Assembly (NCBI RefSeq): GCF_006345805.1
Contig: NC_043002.1
Coordinates: forward strand, 16,306,001-16,370,000
Direction: 5' to 3'
DNA length: 64,000 nt
Source: Octopus sinensis
Taxonomy: Eukaryota
Positions 1 to 11,593 of the stretch are shown piece by piece. How positions within the stretch are numbered: position 1 is the first letter of the stretch; each line of letters starts with the position of its first letter. Both the position numbers and the translations under genes were made by a program. Under the pieces are notes generated by a model. The model ran no database searches. It saw only the letters and a list, made by a program, of their open reading frames with translations, and was not told the DNA's origin.

Positions 1-343
1 TTCACATAGCGTTTGCCTGTTTGTGTGTGTATATGTGTGGCTGTGTTTGCGAGTGTTTGTGCGTGTATGCGTGTATGTATGTATTTATGTGTGGATGAAT
101 GGAGGTTTGTAAGGATATAGGATCCGTATCATTTCTGTGAATATTCAAAGTAAAGTGATTAATGCTTTGTCTGTCTATTCAATAAAAATTCCTCATGAAT
201 CAATGCATACTTTACCCTTCCACTCTCTCTCAATTGATCTGTATCTATTTACTGTCTTTCCTGTCTTTGTCTGTCAAAATTGCCCACACTATAACGCAGA
301 CGTTCGTTCGTTGCGAGGTTTTATCATCTTAGATATAACAAAT

Positions 344-598
344 TTATACAAATGCAGGAAAGAGCGTACATAGAAAGACTACTTTGTCGAACGCAACTTT
401 TAATCTAGGCATATAGATATAGGGAGATAAACTTATCTGATCTACGTGGATATATACAACAACATGTCTGCATTTAAATAATAAATAATGCAGTCCTATT
501 CTTCTATGCTTATAGTGGGAAAGCAAAGTGAAAAACGTAATTTCAAATTCAGCAAAGTATACGACTTCAAAAGCCTGCTCGGAAATGCAGATGCACAA
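344..598 (-). CDS. Candidate terminal coding exon of an unidentified minus-strand gene (84 codons + stop)
   Basis: Open frame begins exactly after an AG (gaattcag|TTG, AG at 599-600) in phase 0, matching the phase-0 end of the 1414-1497 candidate. No recognisable domain; could be chance. Confidence 0.25.
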   Translation of the reverse strand: MCICISEQAFEVVYFAEFEITFFTLLSHYKHRRIGLHYLLFKCRHVVVYIHVDQISLSPYIYMPRLKVAFDKVVFLCTLFPAFV

Positions 599-1413
599 CT
601 GAATTCATAATATTTACATTTTGTGACTTGACCAAAGAGATATATTTGACGTCAGTGCAATTAAACTGTCAAAATAATGATCTACATGACAGTCAGTGAC
701 ATTTATATTCCAGTGGATGCAAACGCCATTACGTATTACGTTGCATTTTGCAAGAACCCATAATTCCATATACAAAATATGTGCTTTTAACTTTATATCC
801 TTTGATATTTTGTTCGAACGCTAGAATGTCTCTATTCTCTCTTTTGTTTTTATTTTTACACAACAAATATTCGTATGACATTTAAAGCATAGAATACAGT
901 TCACTGAATGTCAAGAGAATAATAATAACTAAGAAATATAACATAAAAATGAGATTAACTCCTACATGTATATGCTCAATGAATAATGGGCTATGCTTCA
1001 AATATATTCTTCAAATCTGTTCTGAAACTTTGGTAATAAATAAGAGGAAAAGCAACATTAGTCTAATAATTTTTCAATAGAAAAACTTAGGCACTATAAG
1101 CATAAGGATCCATTATTCATATATGACCGATACCTATTTCCTCGGGGCACAACAATAGTGAAATGCTATCACATTAAATTTTGATTAGTTAACGCATATT
1201 AAGTGAAATAAATAATAATTACTGAAAGATGTCATATTCAATATGAACTTCAGGGTCATTTTCAAAACAATGTCAACTAAAAATCAATACCAAGACATAG
1301 ATTTGTTTAACAGTTATATTTTCTATTGAACTTCGATGACCACTTTACCAATGTAAGGATATCTATTACTTTGCTATAGACTCGTGGAAAATATTTGTGA
1401 TTGATTGAAATAC

Positions 1414-1497
1414 CTGATTCAATGATTCTATATATTTGCACGTGTAATTCATTTTATCCAGAATACATGGATCATTGATCAAAAGGCTGTTAAGTAT
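1414..1497 (-). CDS. Candidate 84-nt coding exon ILNSLLINDPCILDKMNYTCKYIESLNQ
   Basis: Strong acceptor atttcttttcttacag| and donor CAG|gtattt. Only phase 0 is open, compatible with the phase-0 end of the 8112-8137 candidate. Confidence 0.45.
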
Positions 1498-1589
1498 CTG
1501 TAAGAAAAGAAATATTTAGTATACATGCTTTGGTATGTACAAACGTAGCAAGCGTGGCAATAGCAGGAGCAGCAGAAACAACAGCACAT

Positions 1590-1780
1590 GAAGTGAGTGT
1601 AGCAGCAGCAGCAGCAGCAGAAGCTGTAATTGTAGCGACAGCAGCAGCAGTATTAGTGGTAGTAGTAGTAGTAGTAGTGGTAGAGTTGTTGTTGTTGCTG
1701 ATGTTCTTATTCTTGTTTTTGTTGTAGAAGAGGAGGAGGTGATGCAGAGGTAGTAGTAGCAAGGATAGTCATAGTTTTAA

Positions 1781-1873
<93 letters not shown>

Positions 1874-1922
1874 AATCAGTAGTAGTAGTAGTAGCAGCAG
1901 CAGCAGCAGCAGCAGCAGTAGC

Positions 1923-1964
<42 letters not shown>

Positions 1965-1985
1965 TGTTGTATTAGTAGTAGTAAT
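1590..1985. repeat. Compound trinucleotide microsatellite (GCA/GTA/GTT/GAG/TTA/TCA blocks)
   Basis: Directly visible runs; they produce the poly-T/A/N/D ORFs in the track. Confidence 0.95.
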
Positions 1986-2203
1986 ATATGGTGGGCCTTG
2001 TTTTATATTCGTTGTGATGGAGCCTGAATGCAGACTTATATAAAAGAAACAGCAGCTGTCATGCTGTTTATCCAGACACACTTTCGAGAACTATTTACAC
2101 CAATAAGTACAATTCATTTCCTATCAGGTTTGGTGCAATAAGGCTACTATGATCAGAACATGGAGCAAGCATGTAGTTACTCCCCAGTTGAGATTTATTT
2201 TGC

Positions 2204-2599
2204 ACTAGCAGTATCGCCCGGCGTTCCTCGGGTTTGTAAGAAAAATAACTATACAGCATTTTTTAGAGAGTTATAGCCAAAAAATAGCAAAAAATGCATT
2301 AAAAATGGAAAAAATATGATGGTAAATTTTTTTTTAAATCGTCAACTCATCGTAGACATTTTTAGAGAGTTACATTCCTTTAAAAAAATATGCATGAAAA
2401 TGGAAAAAAATGATGGTAAATTACTTTTAAAATCGTAGACTCATAGTAGACAAGCGCTAATACCCAGAAGGGCTCGATATGAATCACGACTATAAGATAC
2501 CCGGTTTTGGTTAAACTGCACCGCAAAATGTGGGAGTAGTTAGGAATCTAAATCGAAGGGGACAGACACTCACACAACTACAGTTTTATATATAAAGAT
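2204..2599. mobile_element. Non-autonomous Helentron/Helitron-like (HINE/DINE-1-like) element
   Basis: Starts actagcagtatcgcccggcgtt, ends ttttatatataaagat, has a short GACA/CA microsatellite near the end and an internal ~97-bp tandem duplication (2258-2450). Family assignment is inference from end motifs. Confidence 0.5.
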
Positions 2600-2813
2600 A
2601 TATCAGCAGGAGACTGATTTTATGACTGTTCCGTGGAATTTGAGGAACATTAGTTGTTTTGCATTTTAATTCTTTTTGTTTTCTTTTTCTATTGGCAACA
2701 TTGCACCCATATGCACGCAGTGTCTTGTAGAATTTTCGCACAAAAATGAAGTTGTGATACACACACACGCGCGCATATATATAATTCCATTTTCTGCCTG
2801 AATTTGGCATTTA

Positions 2814-3749
2814 CGAGGGACGTTCAATAAGTAATGCCTCTGACCCAAGTAATGCCCCATCATATGACCTTGTAAAACGCTGGCATCGTGAATTCAAACA
2901 TGGTCGGAACTCTGTGGAAACAGCTCCAAGATCTGGTCGCCCCCTTCTGCCATTGATGAGGCATCTGTCCGTCAAGTTGAGGCTGCCATTTTGGAAGATC
3001 GACGCATAATTATTCGCCAAATAGCCCATGAGGTCAAGATTAGTACCGGGTCTGTGGAAACTATCATTCATGACCATTTGCATATGCAAACGGTGTCTGC
3101 CAGATGGATTCCCAGGTTGCTCACGCCTTTCCAGAAGCAAGAACGCGTCGAGTGCTCGAGGGTGAATTTGGAGATGTGCCAAGAAGATGAGTCAAATGTT
3201 TCAAAAGAGTGATTACACAGGATGATACCTGGGTCCATCACGATGATCCAGAGACCAAAGCCCAGTCAATGCAGTGGAAGCACCGTGACTCACCCCCTCC
3301 AAAGAAGGCAAGGGTGCAGCCCTCCGCTGACAAGGTCATGCTCACAGTCTTCTGGGACCAGGACGGAGTACTGATGACAGATTTCCTGGCAAAGTGTACC
3401 ACAATTGCAGGAGCCTATTATGCTTCACTTTTGAGGAAATGAAGAGAAGTTATAAAAATCAAGAGGCGGGGCAAGATCAGCAAAGGCATCCTCTTCCTGT
3501 AGGACAACGCTCCGGTCCACAACTCGCTTGTCGCCAGATCAGAAGCCTTGATTTCTGAAGTCACGTTGAGGTTGGAAGACCAACCTGGGTTCTTCTACAA
3601 AAACGGTCTCCAGCGCCGCATCAAACGATGGGAGAAATGCGTAACTCTGAGTGGTTCCTATGTAGAAAAAGACTAATAACTGTGCCAAGTTTCGTTGCTC
3701 TACTGCTATGGGAAGTGGGTCAGGGGCATTACTTATTGAACGCCCCTCG
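2814..3749 (+). mobile_element. Mariner (Tc1/mariner) element, internally deleted, transposase pseudogene
   Basis: 33-bp TIRs (cgagggacgttcaataagtaatgcctctgaccc / 3717-3749, 2 mismatches) and TA TSDs at 2812-2813 and 3750-3751. Translated pieces: SYDLVKRWHREFKHGR..RSGRP, WIPRLL, ITQDDTWVHH, VMLTVFWD, DNAPVH, RWEKCV. Two frameshifts, stops at 3440 and 3500, third catalytic Asp region missing. Confidence 0.95.
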
Positions 3750-6473
3750 TACACACGACCTGTCTTATAATTACTGGTAACTTAATAGCCCTAATATTTT
3801 GGGTTCCACTTGTGTTATATACAATCAAAAGACTTCAAGTAAAGATAACTCTTCCTTCTCAATAATTCGCATTCGCAATTAATACTTAGTATATGCTCAT
3901 ACGTATCAATTCATTGTCCATCCTCCTCGCCAAAATCGGGAATGAATTGGGTTTTTTTTAAGATGTATTAATTTTCTACACATGGATTGCATTTAAGATT
4001 GTGCAAGTTATATGCAAGTAAGGAATGTGTTATTTTCTTTAATCAGACAATTAGTATTATAGCACGCAGAGGCACCTTATTTTTGTTTGTTTTCCCCATT
4101 ATTCCATTTTATTCTGGTGGAGTTATGGATCTTGAAGATGTTTAAGTATTCTGTTTATTATTTTGGACAATTTGTCCTTGCAGATACTTTCACTGCGCAT
4201 ATTCCATTTCTATGTTCTACTTCATAAAACTAGCATATTCGTTATGTGTTAGGACGAAGTGCTTGCTTAGTTCAAAAGATCCTTCTCACACCTCACACAA
4301 ACGAATACATACTTGAAGTGTACATTGATTTCAGACTACGTTTTGCGCTTCATTTAAGTTTTAGATTTATTACTGTTTGTTTCAAATTTGTTTGACAGTT
4401 ATAATCTTTTAATTCCACTATATTTTGTATCTTCTTTCCCCATGTCCTTTACTATTGTTTTGGAATTCTGACATGTATGGATCCAAACTTATTTTCGCTC
4501 GATGTTTAACTAGAGTGGCAGAGAAGCTATACCTGAAAATATGAGGTTTCCTGTTTCCCAGGCCTTCAGCTTGTTTGGTAATCCATAGCATTCACATCTG
4601 TAAATTATTCTCGCTTTTCCCTGATCGCTTAGGAAAATATTTATCATCGCGGATATCTTATCCATAAAAAGCAAAGATTTGTCAGCCATTTGGATGTGGA
4701 ATATCTTAGACATGGGGGTTTAGATTTCATTAGCTGTGAAGAATTTTTTAAATATAAGAACGAAGAAACTTGATCGCAGAAATTTTATTTCTCTTAGAGA
4801 ACATAGTCACTGAAACTTAAATGAAATCGCCCCCTCATTGCATATACTGCAGCCTGAGTTTCTGTACGGATTGAAGAACTAATCTGATGTTCTTCAACTT
4901 CTACAAATGCACATGGTCTACATTGTATTGTTGAAAATCTCCCATATAAAAAAAAAATGCACGATGAACTAAATAGGAATTCCTTTATGTGATCGACAGA
5001 CGTTTTGGAAATTGCGGCAAATATTCATATTCCATCTTGCCGCGTTTCAGATAGGGGAATTGCTTTAACTAAAGGAGCCGTAGAGACAGTATACTTACAA
5101 AAATTAAGGTATCACTGGGGACCCAACGCAGTTACGATATGATTCTAATCAATCGGTGCTCACATGAGCTTCTTTGTCGAGCACCAATGAAAAACACTTC
5201 TCAAATATTCGTCACAAAGTATGTTGGTCAAATACTTAAGGTATAAGTAACATTGTAACAAATACCTTCTCCTAATACGTTATTGCTCTCTCATTTGCAC
5301 TATCCCTTGAACATTTCTTTCTCATTAATTTTCGAGGAAATTAAAGGAAGATCGGCTCCATATCATAGGAAATCAACAGCACAACATATTGCATTTCTAT
5401 TTGGTGTTGTGTATATTGGCGCAAATATGTGATGATCATAAATAATCATAAATATATCATAAATAAATAGGTAGAGGAGTATAAATACACAATGACCGGA
5501 TGATTTGTTGCGACACGAGTTGTTGTATACAGTCATTTGGATATATTTTGAAAGCTGAAAAGCGCGTACGTATGATTAAAAAAATCATATTAATCATTCG
5601 AATTTCTCAACTAAAATAGTCCTTAACAAAATAGTGTGAATTACTGCAATCGATAGAATTTATTACTGGAATCTATGATATTGTGACAAGGTAAATAAAG
5701 TATTATCAATACGTTTTTCTGTATTTCTTGAGATGATGTTTTGATTTATAACCTGTATTAGTTCTTCGTATTGCTCTTTGGCACATGTTTACTCGTCATG
5801 AACCAAACGTATGAATAACTGTCGTCTGTTACCAAATACATCACGTATTTCGTTGCAAACTATGCATACGGACATAATCATCCAAATCGCATCGTTTTTG
5901 GTACCGACATTGCTTGATCAAAGATAATGTTGGCTGTTTTTTCGAGCATGTAATTACTATGTTGTTTGCTTTTCATATTTGTGATATTATTTCGGGCTTT
6001 CTAAGAATAATAGAATTTATATATTGCCAGATTCATCTGACATTCGGAAATAAGAATAGCAGTAATCGTATGAATCTTAGGGGAAACATATGGAATATTA
6101 TTTATCTTCAATTATTTCTCATGAAACTTTTAACTGATCAAATAAATATCGAATGCACTAATTCGTCAAAGATCGACGTTTCAGCTTCTGGTTTCGAAAG
6201 CAGAAAATAAGTTTTATGCAGTCCTATTTCTCAAATGATAGATATGAGTCATGTTTTCATTCTATAGATTTACCTTATTTATAAAAAATCCTATCATGTC
6301 ACTAGGAGGGTTACATATAATAAGCTTATGTAGCAAGCATGGTTAGCAAGAATGCGAGTCTTATCCATCATTCTCATAATTCTTATGATGAATAACTTTT
6401 CCTACTCTAGGCACAAGGCCTGAAATTTTTGTGGGGGGGGGCCAATTGATTAAAGTATAACTTAGATGTTATA

Positions 6474-6557
<84 letters not shown>

Positions 6558-7042
6558 TGTGTGTGTGTGTGTGTGTATAGATATAGATATGACGGGCTTC
6601 TCTCAGTTTCCCTCTCTGAAATCCACTCACGAGGCTTTGGTCTGCCCGAGGTTATACTAAAAATGTATAGAGTTGAATTTCGTGCAGCCAACTGTTGGCA
6701 ACATTTCTCCCTCACCCATTTTGTAGGGGGTATTATCAATTTCTCTCGGCTCTTTTCACAGATATACCCCGTTCAACCTTACGTTAGTTTTGTATGAGAA
6801 AAAATGGGAGGTGGTTCGCTTGTTTGTATTTTGTATAGGAAACCTTAAACGTGCCTGAAAAAAAAACATGGTCTTTACCCACAACTGAAAGTCATTGTGA
6901 ACTATAAAAGAAGGTGAATAAGTACCGGGGAGGGATGAAAGAAGAGAAAGCTAACAGTTGATCATTCTAGTACTCCCAGAATAAAAATGGTGAAACCTGA
7001 AAGACATTTGCTCTATTCATTGCTATTCACTCCTTTTCTCTA

Positions 7043-7200
7043 CGGCTCAGTGGTTAGGGGAATTTGGACCACGATCGTTAATTCAAGAGTACGATTCCAG
7101 GTGATGCGCTGTATTCTTGAGCAAGGTATTGAACTTTACCTTGCTGTAGTCCACTGGCAAAAATGAATTGTAGCTGTAATTCAAAGGAGCAAGAATATAC
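7043..7200 (+). mobile_element. Highly degenerate tRNA-derived SINE head
   Basis: A-box-like ggctcagtggttag and B-box-like gtacgattcc, followed by cttgagcaagg core similar to 37568 copy. Confidence 0.4.
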
Positions 7201-7444
7201 ATGGAAGTGATATAGGCAATCCTTTGACAAGTCCCATTAGGATGAAATTCTAGATCTAGTGTTCTATGTTTGCTTTCCGCGTAGGGCGATTATCTAACCT
7301 GTCAGATATAGAAGTGGGTTTGTACGCAGCGATAAGTAGTTTAGCTCTTATTTATAGCAGCATTGTACTAATATCTCGTATAGTTGTACTTATTGACCAC
7401 TAAATCTTGGTTATTCGTTTTATATTGAGTCAAGCTACGCACAT

Positions 7445-7480
<36 letters not shown>

Positions 7481-7484
<4 letters not shown>

Positions 7485-7717
7485 GTATAGGAAAGAATGG
7501 AGCTGAACGAAGATTTAACAAAATTCCTTTATTTTATTTTCGACATATGTTTCGAAGTCTGCAAAATCCCTAATTCCGAGTGAATAAGGAGTCCATAATG
7601 CAGCTTTCTCTTATTCACTCGGAATTAGGGACTTTGCAGACTTCGAAACATATGTCGAAAATAAAATAAAGGAATTTTGTTAAATCTTCGTTCAGCTCCA
7701 TTATTTCCTATACTTAA
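7481..7717. mobile_element. Near-perfect foldback (palindromic) mini-element in a (TA)n tract
   Basis: Arms 7481-7588 and 7610-7717 are reverse complements with 2 mismatches; 21-nt loop; TA on both sides. Confidence 0.9.
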
Positions 7718-7833
7718 TATATAAAACTTCAAATTTCCACACTAAGGCCCTATGGTCGTAACTTCAACCGTGCTTTTTCTGTTGTGAGTTTGCTAACCAG
7801 GTATCGGTTATCTTACGGATTATCCGTAATAAG

Positions 7834-7877
<44 letters not shown>

Positions 7878-8111
7878 CTAAAGGAGACAAGAAAACTCAA
7901 GGCAAGTAAACATCTCAAGTCATATACGTTATTATTAATGGAAAAAATGTGGTTAGGAAGTAATTATATGAGAATGAGTGTGTAAGTATGCATGAATGTT
8001 TGTATGTATCTTTAAAAATTGTATATCTGCTATATTGGAAATTTACAATCGCTCCATAACAGCCGTCTCAGCTATAACCTTGAGGTCCTAGTAATTCGTT
8101 ACTGTACTTAC

Positions 8112-8137
8112 CTGGCGCACCTTGTCGTTTAGATCAC
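8112..8137 (-). CDS. Candidate 26-nt exon (G)DLNDKVRQ
   Basis: gggttttgttcacag|GTGATCTAAACGACAAGGTGCGCCAG|gtaagtac. Near-consensus acceptor and donor; only phase 1->0 is open. Confidence 0.55.
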
Positions 8138-8160
8138 CTGTGAACAAAACCCTCGAATTT

Positions 8161-8211
<51 letters not shown>

Positions 8212-8291
8212 TTCGGGCTTCTTTCACTTTCCATCTGCCGAATCGATCTACAAGGATATGTTTGTACCGAGGCTATAGCAGTTTTGACTGC

Positions 8292-8805
8292 TATTTCCAG
8301 CAGGCAGACATACTTAGTATGTCGTTTAAATTAATTTTGATATTTATCATTCTGCTATTTAATAATGTTCTTGGGCCTGCGGTCGCTTATATTATTAGTT
8401 CTTTTATTATCATTTATTAAAATAGTAATTCCAGATGATAACAAAATTAATAATATCTTAGCAAAATAATTTTCGAGAATTATATTTTTTTCTTGTATAG
8501 AGAGTATTTCTTTCATTGAAAGCTGTAATTTAATTTCGGCGCAAAACGAATCTGTTGCAGCGGATTTCGATACGTGCATTTTGGGTGTTTCTTCTCAGGG
8601 GTAAAACGTGCTGATGACGTTAAGGTGATTTTAATTTTGCCAGTACAGAAACCGATCCATGTGAGTCCTTAAGCTATGCATGTTAAAATATTTTATTAAC
8701 ATAATCTGCTTCGGTTGACTTCTGTAGTTATCGTCAGTGTAGTTTTGGCAATTTAAATGTATTTCCAGCAGGCAGACATACTTAGTATGTCCTTTGATTA
8801 ATGTT
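8292..8805 (+). mobile_element. PLE-associated mini-element (copy A) with 32-bp terminal direct repeats and a hammerhead-like motif
   Basis: tatttccagcaggcagacatacttagtatgtc occurs at 8292-8323 and 8760-8791. The interior is homologous to 25950-26390. Confidence 0.6.
8606..8663 (+). ncRNA. Degenerate type-I hammerhead ribozyme motif
   Basis: ACGUG-CUGAUGA-..-GAAAC-CG-AUC-CAUGU. Stem I pairs, stem II pairs poorly, 16.2 is mismatched. Confidence 0.55.
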
Positions 8806-9045
8806 ATGTATATGCATATATATTATATATATATTTTTCCTATATATTTTTATCTTATATATGTGGGCGAGTGTGTGTGTGTGTGTATATATATGCCTAT
8901 ACATAGATACATACCTACATACGCTATGTTACTGTGTGAGTGTGCGCGTGTATGTGTTTGTATGTATGAAGGTATGTATGTGTGCATGTGTCATTATTCA
9001 GATTTATTTCATATATACATATATACATATATATATATGTATATA

Positions 9046-9117
<72 letters not shown>

Positions 9118-9258
9118 ATATGTATACGTGCATATATGTAGCGTATCATGCATACATATATTTATATATACATACACATATAAATATACATATACACATA
9201 TGTATATAGATATATGTACAAACACACGCTCGAACACACACACATATACATACGTATA

Positions 9259-9390
<132 letters not shown>

Positions 9391-10245
9391 CTAATTCACG
9401 TACTTCAGTGTATCATACTAATTATATTTACATGAATCTAAGGGATTTACGTGTTCTTTTTTTTTTATACCTGATACTTAAATATATCTCAATTAGCTTT
9501 CTTTGATGTGCTTTACATCTATTGATTTAATTGACTGAAAAAGTAGTAGATCAAAGGAGAAAATGTATGATTTGCAGTGCTGCAGTGTAATAATCTTGAA
9601 CGTTTGGTGTTGGTGGTGCACACAGCTCTTTCAAATGTTAAATCTTTGATAAGTGCTCTGTTATTTTACCCTTGCAAATTTGCCAAAATCTCTGTTCTTG
9701 TTATCAAATATGTTTTATGGTGAGAGTGTATATTTATTCTTTCTAATGAAGGCAAAATGCATTGAAACCATTAAAATCAAATCAAGTGATTACTTTGAAA
9801 AACCTTGGATTTGAGAACGTTAGATGATAAGTTACACATTTAGTAAAATGGGTGGAGGTTCCACAAAGATATTTCGTAATAATATTTTACATCCAAAATA
9901 TGAAGGTACTTCGCTGTATACAATACACAAAGTTGTTGCTTAAATGGTTCAGTTTCATTTTGTTGTTTTCAATAAAACTAAAGATTACAGTAGTCTTAAT
10001 GAATTATTTAATGCTCGTGTTATCTTCTAAAATATTTGCTTAATTTTCTCAGTGGAAGAAGAGTATTCACATTGCGATATATTAGAATAATATAGAATAA
10101 GATATACATTACTAAAGATTATATTAAATAATATTATACAGAACAGTATATAATATAGAATAACACGTCCAAAGTATTTTACTGTACTATATGATCTACT
10201 GATTTTTACGTTGCATCTGCGATATACTGCAATTAAAGCGCTCAC

Positions 10246-10251
10246 CGTAGG
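10246..10251 (-). CDS. Candidate 6-nt microexon CCTACG
   Basis: tttatactctgcctctgcacag|CCTACG|gtgagc. Pyrimidine tract with two TGC, CAG acceptor and G|gtgag donor; phase 1->1, in frame with 8112-8137. Confidence 0.45.
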
Positions 10252-11501
10252 CTGTGCAGAGGCAGAGTATAAATCTTGCCTTTCTCTTGGTCTTCGGTAT
10301 GAAGGGGTTTATTTTCTTATTCTTATACCCAGTTCTGGTTTCTGACATTTTCAGCATCACATTGATATGAGAGTAGCTCATTATGAGTTCATCGTAAAAT
10401 ATTTTTATCAGACATTTGGAGTCTCCTAATTTACTGGTGCCTTTCAGATGCTTATTTGTTTCTTCGGTCTGGCAAATTCTTCTAATTGTTACTGAATTAA
10501 TGCTTCTCACGAGACTTTAGGTTCTGTGTTGGTTATTTTGGTCAGTCTCGTTGTAATTGCCCAGAGCCCATTGTGCCAACCCTGTTACTGTTGCTTACTC
10601 TTTTTACTCTTTTACTTGTTTCAGTCATTTGACTGCGGCCATGCTGGAGCACCGCCTTCATGGAGCTTGTCCATGGAGCTTGTCCATATATTTCTAATTT
10701 ATTTTTAGCTTGCTATTAATGAAGTCTATTTAGGTCGGAAATGAATTCGATGAAAGAATCGCTCTCCCTTCTCATCGTTAAAAGATTTCCGATTCAGCGA
10801 TGTTTTGCCGTTTCAGGCGTTCTTTCATTTCGTTTCTTCTTTTGGTAATACGTTTTCCTATTTCTCTTGGTATTTCTCCATTTTACTTTTTGTCAATTTA
10901 TTTCGCTTTCAGAGATATGTTTACTTAAATATTTTCTGTACATCACACTTCTGTATTGCTTGTTTGGGTCTGACGCTTGTATATCACTTCATGTGATGGA
11001 AAACTGACAATACTTTTTTTATAACTATTATGCCTGTAACAGGAAACATTTCACTTGATATGTTTACTTTTGGTTATATAACGTTTGCGATGACAATGTT
11101 TGCGATACATTTTTGCTGATATAAGTTTATCCTCCGGTTTCATATTCAGCTGCTGTAAACACTGATTCGTCGATAGACTGATATTTGATCGTTGATTCTC
11201 TAATCTCTTCTACATTCTATACGCCCTGTTCATTTTCGCCGGTATTAGAATTTCCAAATATGAATTTCCCGCTATCATCCTTTCTCCTTTCATTTTCAAA
11301 TGATTTAGACAGTCTCTTCTTGATTAGTATTCTGTGATTTTCTACGGCTGGTTTTGTGCGGTTTCACATTTAACACCATTATTGTACGCATACTTGGTCT
11401 TATTTTTGTGCTTCACATTCTCACGTTCATAGTTTTCACATATATATATAATATTTATATATATATACAGGCACACATGTACATGTATACACACACGCAT
11501 A

Positions 11502-11593
<92 letters not shown>

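Noticed and set aside
4440-5260. Possible extra minus-strand exons (ORF 4510-4713 and donors near 5095 and 5165)
   Set aside because: Several mutually incompatible acceptor/donor choices, none with strong sites at both ends in a phase fitting the neighbours.
10196-10510. 104-aa minus-strand ORF as a long exon or RTE remnant (KIFYDEL resembles RTE IFYGEL)
   Set aside because: No pyrimidine-rich acceptor near its start and the RTE similarity is only a few residues. The strong acceptor lies 6 nt before the donor, so the microexon reading was preferred; not excluded.
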